Positions 1 through 13,300 of a stretch of DNA of 64,000 nt are shown one piece after another. Both the position numbers and the translations under genes were made by a program. This stretch comes from Auanema rhodensis (taxonomy: Eukaryota > Animalia > Nematoda), in the NCBI GenBank assembly GCA_964057225.1, contig OZ059900.1, positions 1,674,001 to 1,738,000 of the forward strand, read 5' to 3'. How positions within the stretch are numbered: position 1 is the stretch's first letter; each line of letters starts with the position of its first letter. The notes beneath the pieces are model-generated. The model had not been told where the DNA came from, did not search any database, and was given only the letters and a program-made list of their open reading frames with translations.

Positions 1-3000
1 TTGCACTGATATTTATTCATTTTGATCAAAAAAGGTCGAAAATAGAAAGAATTTTTGAAATTTCCGAGTTTTGAGTCTAATTTGGCTAAATCGCTCATAT
101 ACATGATCAGAAGCATAGTTTTATTGTCTATGACAACAAAAGTCATCAATTAAACGCTAGTGATGTTTAAATACTGATTTTCGCTCAAATAGCATTACTA
201 CACTAAGTATGGTCGTTTTTATGCCTTTAACACCATATACTCACCGATTTTTGGTACAAAATCTGTAATACTCGTAAATTTTGATCATATTCGGTGAGAT
301 TCGAGAATCAGCCACACAATACACGAAATAAGTTTATTTTTACGAGTTTGCACTGATATTTATTCATTTTGATCAAAAAAGGTCGAAAATAGAAAGAATT
401 TTTGAAATTTCCGAGTTTTGAGTCTAATTTGGCTAAATCGCTCATATATATGATCAAAAGCATAGTTTTATTGTCTATGACAACAAAAGTCATCAATTAA
501 ACGCTAGTGATGTTTAAATACTGAATTTCGCTCAAATAGCATTACTACACTAAGTATGGTCGTTTTTATGCCTTTAACACCATATACTCACCGATTTTTG
601 GTACAAAATCTGTAATACTCGTAAATTTTGATCATATTCGGTGAGATTCGAGAATCAAACACACAATACACGAAATAAGTTTATTTTTACGAGTTTGCAC
701 TGATATTTATTCATTTTGATCAAAAAAGGTCGAAAATAGAAAGAATTTTTGAAATTTACGAGTTTTGAATCTAATTTGGCTAAATCGCTCATATATATGA
801 TCAAAAGCATAGTTTTACTGTCTATGATAACAAAAGTCTTCAAATATACACTAATAATGATTAAATCACTGAATTTCACTCAAATAGCATTACTACACTA
901 AGTATGGTCGTTTTTATGCCTTTAACACCATATACTCACCGATTTTTGGTACAAAATCTGTGATACTCGTAAATTTTGATCATATTCGGTGAGATTCGAG
1001 AATCAAACACACAATACACGAAATAAGTTTATTTTTACGAGTTTGCACTGATATTTATTCATTTTGATCAAAAAAGGTCGAAAATAGAAAGAATTTTTGA
1101 AATTTCCGAGTTTTGAGTCTAATTTGGCTAAATCGCTCATATACATGATCAGAAGCATAGTTTTATTGTCTATGACAACAAAAGTCATCAATTAAACGCT
1201 AGTGATGTTTAAATACTGATTTTCGCTCAAATAGCATTACTACACTAAGTATGGTCGTTTTTATGCCTTTAACACCATATACTCACCGATTTTTGGTACA
1301 AAATCTGTAATACTCGTAAAATTTGATCATATTTGTTAAGATTTGAGAATCAAACACACAATACACAAAATCAGTCTATTTTTATGAGTTTACACTGATA
1401 TATATTCATTTTCATCAAAAAAGGTCGAAAATAGAAAGAATTTTTGAAATTTCCGAGTTTTGAGTCTAATTTGGCTAAATCGCTCATATATATGATCAGA
1501 AGCATAGTTTTAATGTCTATGACAACAAAAATCATCAATTAAACGCTAGTGATGTTTAAATACTGATTTTCGCTCAAATAGCATTACTACACTAAGTATG
1601 GTCGTTTTTATGCCTTTAACACCATATACTCACCGATTTTTGGTACAAAATCTGTGATACTCGTAAATTTTGATCATATTCGTTAAGATTTGAGAATCAA
1701 ACATACAATACACAAAATCAGTCTATTTTTATGAGCTTGCACTGATATATATTCATTTTGATCAAAAAAGGTCGAAAATAGAATGAATTTTTGAAATTTC
1801 CGAGTTTTGAGTCTAATTTGGCTAAATCGCTCATATATATGATCAAAAGCATAGTTTTACTGTCTATGATAACAAAAGTCTTCAAATATACACTAATAAT
1901 GATTAAATCACTGATTTTCAGTCAAATAGCATTACTACACTAAGTATGGTCGTTTTTATGCCTTTAACACCATATACTCACCGATTTTTGGTACAAAATC
2001 TGTAATACTTGTAAATTTTGATCATATTTGTTAAGATTCGAGAATCAAACACATAATACACAAAATAAGTCTATTTTTACAAGTTTGCACTGATATTTAT
2101 TCATTTTGATCAAAAAAGGTCGAAAATAGAAAAAATTTTTGAAATTTCCGAGTTTTGAGTCCAATTTGGCTAAATCGCTCATACATAAGATCAAAAGCAT
2201 AGTTTTATTGTCTATAACAACAAAAGTCATCAATTAAACGCTAGTGATATTTAAATACTGATTTTCGCTCAAGTAGCATTACTACACTAAGTATGGTCGT
2301 TTTCATGCCTTTAACACCATATACTCACCGATTTTTGGTACAAAATCTGTAATACTTGTAAATTTTGATCATATTCGTTAAGATTTGAGAATCGAACATA
2401 CAATACACAAAATCAGTCTATTTTTATGAGCTTGCACTGATATATATTCATTTTGATCAAAAAAGGTCGAAAATAGAAAGAATTTTTGAAATTTCCGAGT
2501 TTTGAGTCTAATTTGGCTAAATCGCTCATATATATGATCAGAAGCATAGTTTTAATGTCTATGACAACAAAAATCATCAATTAAACGCTAGTGATGTTTA
2601 AATACTGATTTTCGCTCAAATAGCATTACTACACTAAGTATGGTCGTTTTTATGCTTTTAACACCATATACTCACCGATTTTTGGTACAAAATCTGTAAT
2701 ACTCGTAAAATTTGATCATATTTGTTAAGATTTGAGAATCAAACACACAATACACAAAATCAGTCTATTTTTATGAGTTTACACTGATATATATTCATTT
2801 TCATCAAAAAAGGTCGAAAATAGAAAGAATTTTTGAATTTTCCGAGTTTTGAGTCGAATTGGGCTAAATCGCTCATATATATGATCAAAAGCATAGTTTT
2901 ACTGTCTATGATAACAAAAGTCTTCAAATATACACTAATAATGATTAAATCACTGAATTTCACTCAAATAGCATTACTACACTAAGTATGGTCGTTTTTA

Positions 3001-6000
3001 TGCCTTTAACACCATATACTCACCGATTTTTGGTACAAAATCTGTAATACTTGTAAATTTTGATCATATTTGTTAAGATTTGAGAATCAAACACATAATA
3101 CACAAAATAAGTCTATTTTTACAAGTTTGCACTGATATTTATTCATTTTGATCAAAAAAGGTCGAAAATAGAAAGAATTTTTGAAATTTCCGAGTTTTGA
3201 GTCCAATTTGGCTAAATCGCTCATATATATGATCAAAAGCATAGTTTTATTGTCTATAACAACAAAAGTCATCAATTAAACGCTAGTGATGTTTAAATAC
3301 TGAATTTCGCTCAAATAGCATTACTACACTAAGTATGGTCGTTTTTATGCCTTTAACACCATATACTCACCGATTTTTGGTACAAAATCTGTAATACTCG
3401 TAAATTTTGATCATATTCGGTGAGATTCGAGAATCGAACACACAATACACGAAATAAGTCTATTTTTACGAGTTTGCACTGATATTTATTCATTTTGATC
3501 AAAAAAGGTCGAAAATAGAAAGAATTTTTGAAATTTCCGAGTTTTGAGTCTAATTTGGCTAAATCGCTCATATATATGATCAAAAGCATAGTTTTACTGT
3601 CTATGATAACAAAAATCTTCAAATATACACTAATAATGTGTAAATCACTGAATTTCACTCAAATAGCTTTACTACACTAAGTATGGTCGTTTTTATGCCT
3701 TTAACACCATATACTCACCGATTTTTGGTACAAAATCTGTAATACTCGTAAATTTTGATCATATTCGTTAAGATTCGAGAATCAAACACACAATACACGA
3801 AATAAGTTTATTTTGACGAGTTTGCACTGGTATTTATTCATTTTGATCAAAAAAGGTCGAAAATAGAAAGAATTTTTGAATTTTCCGAGTTTTGAGTCCA
3901 ATTGGGCTAAATCGCTCATATATATGATCAAAAGCATAGTTTTACTGTCTATGACAACAAACGTCTTCAAATATACACTAATAATGTGTAAATCACTGAA
4001 TTTCACTCAAATAGCTTTACTACACTAAGTATGGTCGTTTTTATGCCTTTAACACCATATACTCACCGATTTTTGGTACAAAATCTGTAATACTCGTAAA
4101 TTTCGATCATATTCGTTAAGATTCGAGAATCAAACACACAATACACGAAATAAGTTTATTTTTACGAATTTGCACTGATATTTATTCATTTTGATCAAAA
4201 AAGGTCGAAAATAGAAAGAATTTTTTAATTTTCCGAGTTTTGAGTCCAATTGGGCTAAATCGCTCATATATATGATCAAAAGCATAGTTTCACTGTCTAT
4301 GATAACAAAAGTCTTCAAATATACACTAGTAATGATTAAATCACTGAATTTCACTCAAATAGCATTACTACACTAAGTATGGTCGTTTTTATGCCTTTAA
4401 CACCATATACTCACCGATTTTTGGTACAAAATCTGTAATACTTGTAAATTTTGATCATATTTGTTAAGATTCGAGAATCAAACACATAATACACGAAATA
4501 AGTCTATTTTTACAAGTTTGCACTGATATTTATTCATTTTGATCAAAAAAAGGTCGAAAATAGAAAAATTTTTTGAAATTTCCGAGTTTTGAGTCCAATT
4601 TGGCTAAATCGCTCATATATATGATCAAAAGCATAGTTTTATTGTCTATGACAACAAAAGTCATCAATTAAATGCTAGTGATGTTTAAATACTGATTTTC
4701 GCTCAAATAGCATTACTACACTAAGTATGGTCGTTTTTATGCCTTTAACACCATATACTCACCGATTTTTGGTACAAAATCTGTAATACTTGTGAATTTT
4801 GATCATATTCGTTAAGATTTGAGAATCGAACATACAATACACAAAATCAGTCTATTTTTATGAGCTTGCACTGATATTTATTCATTTTGATCAAAAAAGG
4901 TCGAAAATAGAAAGAATTTTTGAAATTTCCGAGTTTTGAGTCTAATTTGGCTAAATCGCTCATATACATGATCAGAAGCATAGTTTTATTGTCTATGACA
5001 ACAAAAGTCATCAATTAAACGCTAGTGATGTTTAAATACTGATTTTCGCTCAAATAGCATTACTACACTAAGTATGGTCGTTTTTATGCCTTTAACACCA
5101 TATACTCACCGATTTTTGGTACACAATCTGTAATACTCGTAAATTTTGATCATATTCGTTAAAATTTGAAAATCAAACACACAATAAACAAAATCAGTCT
5201 ATTTTTATGAGCTTGCACTGATATTTATTCATTTTGATCAAAAAAGGTCGAAAATAGAAAGAATTTTTGAAATTTCCGAGTTTTGAGTCTAATTTGGCTA
5301 AATCGCTCATATATATGATCAAAAGCATAGTTTTACTGTCTATGATAACAAAAGTCTTCAAATATACACTAATAATGTGTAAATCACTGAATTTCACTAA
5401 AATGCATTACTACACTAAGTATGGTCGTTTTTATGCCTTTAACACCATATACTCACCGATTTTTGGTACAAAATCTGTGATACTCGTAAATTTTGATCAT
5501 ATTCGGTGAGATTCGAGGATCGAACACACAATACACGAAATAAGTTTATTTTGACGAGTTTGCACTGATATTTATTCATTTTGATCAAAAAAGGTCGAAA
5601 ATAGAAAGAATTTTTGAAATTTCCGAGTTTTGAGTCTAATTTGGCTAAATCGCTCATATACATGATCAGAAGCATAGTTTTATTGTCTATGACAACAAAA
5701 GTCATCAATTAAACGCTAGTGATGTTTAAATACTGATTTTCGCTCAAATAGCATTACTACACTAAGTATGGTCGTTTTTATGCCTTTAACACCATATACT
5801 CACCGATTTTTGGTACACAATCTGTAATACTCGTAAATTTTGATCATATTCGTTAAGATTTGAGAATCGAACATACAATACACAAAATCAGTCTATTTTT
5901 ATGAGCTTGCACTGATATTTATTCATTTTGATCAAAAAAGGTCGAAAATAGAAAGAATTTTTGAAATTTCCGAGTTTTGAGTCTAATTTGGCTAAATCGC

Positions 6001-9000
6001 TCATATATATGATCAAAAGCATAGTTTTACTGTCTATGATAACAAAAGTCTTCAAATATACACTAATAATGTGTAAATCACTGAATTTCACTCAAATGCA
6101 TTACTACACTAAGTATGGTCGTTTTTATGCCTTTAACACCATATACTCACCGATTTTTGGTACAAAATCTGTAATACTTGTAAATTTTGATCATATTCGT
6201 TAAGATTCGAGAATCAAACACACAATACACGAAATAAGTTTATTTTTACGAGTTTGCACTGATATTTATTCATTTTGATCAAAAAAGGTCGAAAATAGAA
6301 AGAATTTTTGAAATTTCCGAGTTTTGAGTCTAATTTGGCTAAATCGCTCATATACATGATCAGAAGCATAGTTTTATTGTCTATGACAACAAAAGTCATC
6401 AATTAAACGCTAGTGATGTTTAAATACTGATTTTCGCTCAAATAGCATTACTACACTAAGTATGGTCGTTTTTATGCCTTTAACACCATATACTCACCGA
6501 TTTTTGGTACAAAATCTGTAATACTCGTAAATTTTGATCATATTCGGTGAGATTCGAGAATCAGCCACACAATACACGAAATAAGTTTATTTTTACGAGT
6601 TTGCACTGATATTTATTCATTTTGATCAAAAAAGGTCGAAAATAGAAAGAATTTTTGAAATTTCCGAGTTTTGAGTCTAATTTGGCTAAATCGCTCATAT
6701 ATATGATCAAAAGCATAGTTTTATTGTCTATGACAACAAAAGTCATCAATTAAACGCTAGTGATGTTTAAATACTGAATTTCGCTCAAATAGCATTACTA
6801 CACTAAGTATGGTCGTTTTTATGCCTTTAACACCATATACTCACCGATTTTTGGTACAAAATCTGTAATACTCGTAAATTTTGATCATATTCGGTGAGAT
6901 TCGAGAATCAAACACACAATACACGAAATAAGTTTATTTTTACGAGTTTGCACTGATATTTATTCATTTTGATCAAAAAAGGTCGAAAATAGAAAGAATT
7001 TTTGAAATTTACGAGTTTTGAATCTAATTTGGCTAAATCGCTCATATATATGATCAAAAGCATAGTTTTACTGTCTATGATAACAAAAGTCTTCAAATAT
7101 ACACTAATAATGATTAAATCACTGAATTTCACTAAAATAGCATTACTACACTAAGTATGGTCGTTTTTATGCCTTTAACACCATATACTCACCGATTTTT
7201 GGTACAAAATCTGTGATACTCGTAAATTTTGATCATATTCGGTGAGATTCGAGAATCAAACACACAATACACGAAATAAGTTTATTTTTACGAGTTTGCA
7301 CTGATATTTATTCATTTTGATCAAAAAAGGTCGAAAATAGAAAGAATTTTTGAAATTTCCGAGTTTTGAGTCTAATTTGGCTAAATCGCTCATATACATG
7401 ATCAGAAGCATAGTTTTATTGTCTATGACAACAAAAGTCATCAATTAAACGCTAGTGATGTTTAAATACTGATTTTCGCTCAAATAGCATTACTACACTA
7501 AGTATGGTCGTTTTTATGCCTTTAACACCATATACTCACCGATTTTTGGTACAAAATCTGTAATACTCGTAAATTTTGATCATATTCGTTAAGATTAGAA
7601 AATCAAACACACAATAAACAAAATCAGTCTATTTTTATGAGTTTGCACTGATATATATTCATTTTGATCAAAAAAGGTCGAAAATAGAAAGAATTTTCGA
7701 ATTTTCCGAGTTTTGAGTCTAATTTGGCTAAATCGCTCATATATATGATCAGAAGCATAGTTTTATTGTATATGACAACAAAAGTCATTAGTTAAACACT
7801 AATGATGTTTAAATCACTAAATTTCGCTCAAATAGCATTACTACACTAAGTATGGTCGTTTTTATGCCTTTAACACCATATACTCACCGATTTTTGGTAC
7901 AAAATCTGTGATACTCGTAAATTTTGATCATATTCGGTGAGATTCGAGAATCAAACACACAATACACGAAATAAGTCTATTTTTATGAGTTTGCACTGAT
8001 ATTTATTCATTTTGATCAAAAAAGGTCGAAAATAGAAAGAATTTTTGAATTTTCCGAGTTTTGAGTCCAATTGGGCTAAATCGCTCATATATATGATCAA
8101 AAGCATAGTTTTACTGTCTATGATAACAAAAGTCTTCAAATATACACTAATAATGATTTAATCACTGAATTTCACTCAAATAGCAATACTACACTAAGTA
8201 TGGTCGTTTTTATGCCTTTAACACCATATACTCACCGATTTTTGGTACAAAATCTGTGATACTCGTAAATTCTGATCATATTCGGTGAGATTCGAGAATC
8301 AAACACACAATACACGAAATAAGTTTATTTTTACGAGTTTGCACTGATATTTATTCATTTTGATCAAAAAAGGTCGAAAATAGAAAGAATTTTTGAAATT
8401 TCCGAGTTTTGAGTCTAATTTGGCTAAATCGCTCATATATATGATCAAAAGCATAGTTTTACTGTCTATGATAACAAAAGTCTTCAAATATACACTAATA
8501 ATGTGTAAATCACTGAATTTCACTCAAATAGCATTACTACACTAAGTATGGTCGTTTTTATGCCTTTAACACCATATACTCACCGATTTTTGGTACAAAA
8601 TCTGTGATACTCGTAAATTTTGATCATATTCGGTGAGATTCGAGAATCAAACACACAATACACGAAATAAGTTTATTTTTACGAGTTTGCACTGATATTT
8701 ATTCATTTTGATCAAAAAAGGTCGAAAATAGAAAGAATTTTTGAAATTTCCGAGTTTTGAGTCTAATTTGGCTAAATCGCTCATATATATGATCAAAAGC
8801 ATAGTTTTATTGTCTATGACAACAAAAGTCATCAATTAAACGCTAGTGATGTTTAAATACTGAATTTCGCTCAAATAGCATTACTACACTAAGTATGGTC
8901 GTTTTTATGCCTTTAACACCATATACTCACCGATTTTTGGTACAAAATCTGTAATACTCGTAAATTTTGATCATATTCGTTAAGATTTGAGAATCAAACA

Positions 9001-10369
9001 TACAATACACAAAATCAGTCTATTTTTATGAGCTTGCACTGATATATATTCATTTTGATCAAAAAAGGTCGAAAATAGAAAGAATTTTTGAAATTTACGA
9101 GTTTTGAATCTAATTTGGCTAAATCGCTCATATATATGATCAAAAGCATAGTTTTACTGTCTATGATAACAAAAGTCTTCAAATATACACTAATAATGAT
9201 TAAATCACTGAATTTCACTCAAATAGCATTACTACACTAAGTATGGTCGTTTTTATGCCTTTAACACCATATACTCACCGATTTTTGGTACAAAATCTGT
9301 GATACTCGTAAATTTTGATCATATTCGGTGAGATTCGAGAATCAAACACACAATACACGAAATAAGTTTATTTTTACGAGTTTGCACTGATATTTATTCA
9401 TTTTGATCAAAAAAGGTCGAAAATAGAAAGAATTTTTGAAATTTCCGAGTTTTGAGTCTAATTTGGCTAAATCGCTCATATACATGATCAGAAGCATAGT
9501 TTTATTGTCTATGACAACAAAAGTCATCAATTAAACGCTAGTGATGTTTAAATACTGATTTTCGCTCAAATAGCATTACTACACTAAGTATGGTCGTTTT
9601 TATGCCTTTAACACCATATACTCACCGATTTTTGGTACAAAATCTGTGATACTCGTAAATTTTGATCATATTCGGTGAGATTCGAGAATCAAACACACAA
9701 TACACGAAATAAGTCTATTTTTATGAGTTTGCACTGATATTTATTCATTTTGATCAAAAAAGGTCGAAAATAGAAAGAATTTTTGAATTTTCCGAGTTTT
9801 GAGTCCAATTGGGCTAAATCGCTCATATATATGATCAAAAGCATAGTTTTATTGTCTATGACAACAAAAGTCATCAATTAAACGCTAGTGATGTTTAAAT
9901 ACTGAATTTCGCTCAAATAGCATTACTACACTAAGTATGGTCGTTTTTATGCCTTTAACACCATATACTCACCGATTTTTGGTACAAAATCTGTGATACT
10001 CGTAAATTTTGATCATATTCGGTGAGATTCGAGGATCGAACACACAATACACGAAATAAGTTTATTTTGACGAGTTTGCACTGATATTTATTCATTTTGA
10101 TCAAAAAAGGTCGAAAATAGAAAGAATTTTTGAAATTTCCGAGTTTTGAGTCTAATTTGGCTAAATCGCTCATATATATGATCAAAAGCATAGTTTTACT
10201 GTCTATGATAACAAAAGTCTTCAAATATACACTAATAATGATTTAATCACTGAATTTCACTCAAATAGCATTACTACACTAAGTATGGTCGTTTTTATGC
10301 CTTTAACACCATATACTCACCGATTTTTGGTACAAAATCTGTGATACTCGTAAATTCTGATCATATTTG

Positions 10370-13300
10370 GTGAGATTCGAGAATCAAACACACAATACAC
10401 GAAATAAGTTTATTTTTACGAGTTTGCACTGATATTTATTCATTTTGATCAAAAAAGGTCGAAAATAGAAAGAATTTTTGAAATTTCCGAGTTTTGAGTC
10501 TAATTTGGCTAAATCGCTCATATATATGATCAAAAGCATAGTTTTATTGTCTATGACAACAAAAGTCATCAATTAAACGCTAGTGATGTTTAAATACTGA
10601 ATTTCGCTCAAATAGCATTACTACACTAAGTATGGTCGTTTTTATGCCTTTAACACCATATACTCACCGATTTTTGGTACAAAATCTGTAATACTCGTAA
10701 ATTTTGATCATATTCGTTAAGATTTGAGAATCAAACATACAATACACAAAATCAGTCTATTTTTATGAGCTTGCACTGATATATATTCATTTTGATCAAA
10801 AAAGGTCGAAAATAGAAAGAATTTTTGAAACTTACGAGTTTTGAGTCTAATTTGGCTAAATCGCTCATATATATGATCAGAAGCATAGTTTTATTGTCTA
10901 TGACAACGAAAGTCATTAATTAAACACTAATGATGTTTAAATCACTAAATTTCGCTCAAATAGCATTACTACACTAAGTATGGTCGTTTTTATGCCTTTA
11001 ACACCATATACTCACCGATTTTTGGTACAAAATCTGTGATACTCGTAAATTTTGATCATATTCGTTAAGATTCGAAAATCAAACACACAATACACGAAAT
11101 AAGTTTATTTTTACAAGTTTGCACTGATATTTATTCATTTTGATCAAAAAAGGTCGAAAATAGAAAGAATTTTTGAAATTTCCGAGTTTTGAGTCTAATT
11201 TGGCTAAATCGCTCATATATATGATCAAAAGCATAGTTTTACTGTCTATGATAACAAAAGTCTTCAAATATACACTAATAATGATTAAATCACTGAATTT
11301 CACTCAAATAGCATTACTACACTAAGTATGGTCGTTTTTATGCCTTTAACACCATATACTCACCGATTTTTGGTACAAAATCTGTAATACTCGTAAATTT
11401 TGATCATATTCGGTGAGATTCGAGAATCAAACACACAATACACGAAATAAGTTTATTTTGACGAGTTTGCACTGATATTTATTCATTTTGATCAAAAAAG
11501 GTCGAAAATAGAAAGAATTTTTGAATTTTCCGAGTTTTGAGTCCAATTGGGCTAAATCGCTCATATATATGATCAAAAGCATAGTTTTACTGTCTATGAT
11601 AACAAAAGTCTTCAAATATACACTAATGATGTGTAAATCACTGAATTTCACTCAAATAGCTTTACTACACTAAGTATGGTCGTTTTTATGCCTTTAACAC
11701 CATATACTCACCGATTTTTGGTACAAAATCTGTAATACTCGTAAATTTTGATCATATTCGTTAAGATTTGAGAATCAAACATACAATACACAAAATCAGT
11801 CTATTTTTATGAGCTTGCACTGATATATATTCATTTTGATCAAAAAAGGTCGAAAATAGAAAGAATTTTTGAAATTTCCGAGTTTTGAGTCTAATTTGGC
11901 TAAATCTCTCATATATATGATCAAAAGCATAGTTTTACTGTCTATGATAACAAAAGTCTTCAAATATACACTAATAATGTGTAAATCACTGAATTTCACT
12001 CAAATAGCTTTACTACACTAACTATGGTCGTTTTTATGCCTTTAACACCATATACTCAACGATTTTTGGTACAAAATCTGTAATACTCGTAAATTTTGAT
12101 CATATTCGTTAAGATTTGAGAATCAAACATACAATACACAAAATCAGTCTATTTTTATGAGCTTGCACTGATATATATTCATTTTGATCAAAAAAGGTCG
12201 AAAATAGAAAGAATTTTTGAAATTTCCGAGTTTTGAGTCTAATTTGGCTAAATCGCTCATATATATGATCAGAAGCATAGTTTTATTGTCTATGACAACA
12301 AAAATCATCAATTAAACGCTAGTGATGTTTAAATACTGATTTTCGCTCAAATAGCATTACTACACTAAGTATGGTCGTTTTTATGCCTTTAACACGATAT
12401 ACTCACCGATTTTTGGTACAAAATCTGTAATACTCGTAAAATTTGATCATATTTGTTAAGATTTGAGAATCAAACACACAATACACAAAATCAGTCTATT
12501 TTCATGAGTTTACACTGATATATATTCATTTTCATCAAAAAAGGTCGAAAATAGAAAGAATTTTTGAAATTTCCGAGTTTTGAGTCTAATTTGGCTAAAT
12601 CGCTCATATACATGATCAGAAGCCTAGTTTTATTGTCTATGACAACAAAAATCATCAATTAAACGCTAGTGATGTTTAAATATTGATTTTCGCTCAAATA
12701 GCATTACTACACTAAGTATGGTCGTTTTTATGCCTTTAACACCATATACTCACCGATTTTTGGTACAAAATCTGTAATACTCGTAAATTTTGATCATATT
12801 CGTTAAGATTTGAAAATCAAACACACAATAAACAAAATCAGTCTATTTTTATGAGTTTGCACTGATATATATTCATTTTGATCAAAAAAGGTCGAAAATA
12901 GAAAGAATTTTTGAATTTTCCGAGTTTTGAGTGAGAGTTGGGCTAAATCGAGGAGAGAGTTGGGCTAAATCGCTCATATATATGATCAAAAGCATAGTTT
13001 TACTGTCTATGATAACAAAAGTCTTCAAATATACACTAATAATGATCAAATCACTGAATTTCACTCAAATAGCATTACTACACTAAGTATGGTCGTTTTT
13101 ATGCCTTTAACACCATATACTCACCGATTTTTGGTACAAAATCTGTGATACTCGTAAATTTTGATCATATTCGTTAAGATTTGAGAATCAAACATACAAT
13201 ACACAAAATCAGTCTATTTTTATGAGCTTGCACTGATATATATTCATTTTGATCAAAAAAGGTCGAAAATAGAATGAATTTTTGAAATTTCCGAGTTTTG

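Noticed and set aside
351-565. Monomer as an ancient dimer of ~174-bp halves (CACTGA...GGTCG recurring 168-177 bp apart)
   Set aside because: Only short patches match by eye, which is not distinguishable from chance without a self-alignment test.
241-587. 5S rRNA, tRNA or histone gene tandem unit
   Set aside because: No recognisable 5S sequence, cloverleaf, A/B boxes or histone ORF, and frequent T-runs on both strands.
3764-3780. CENP-B-box-like TTCGTTAAGATTCGAGA
   Set aside because: It resembles TTCGNNNNANNCGGG but has one extra base and CGAG instead of CGGG, and it lies in one of the most variable parts of the monomer.
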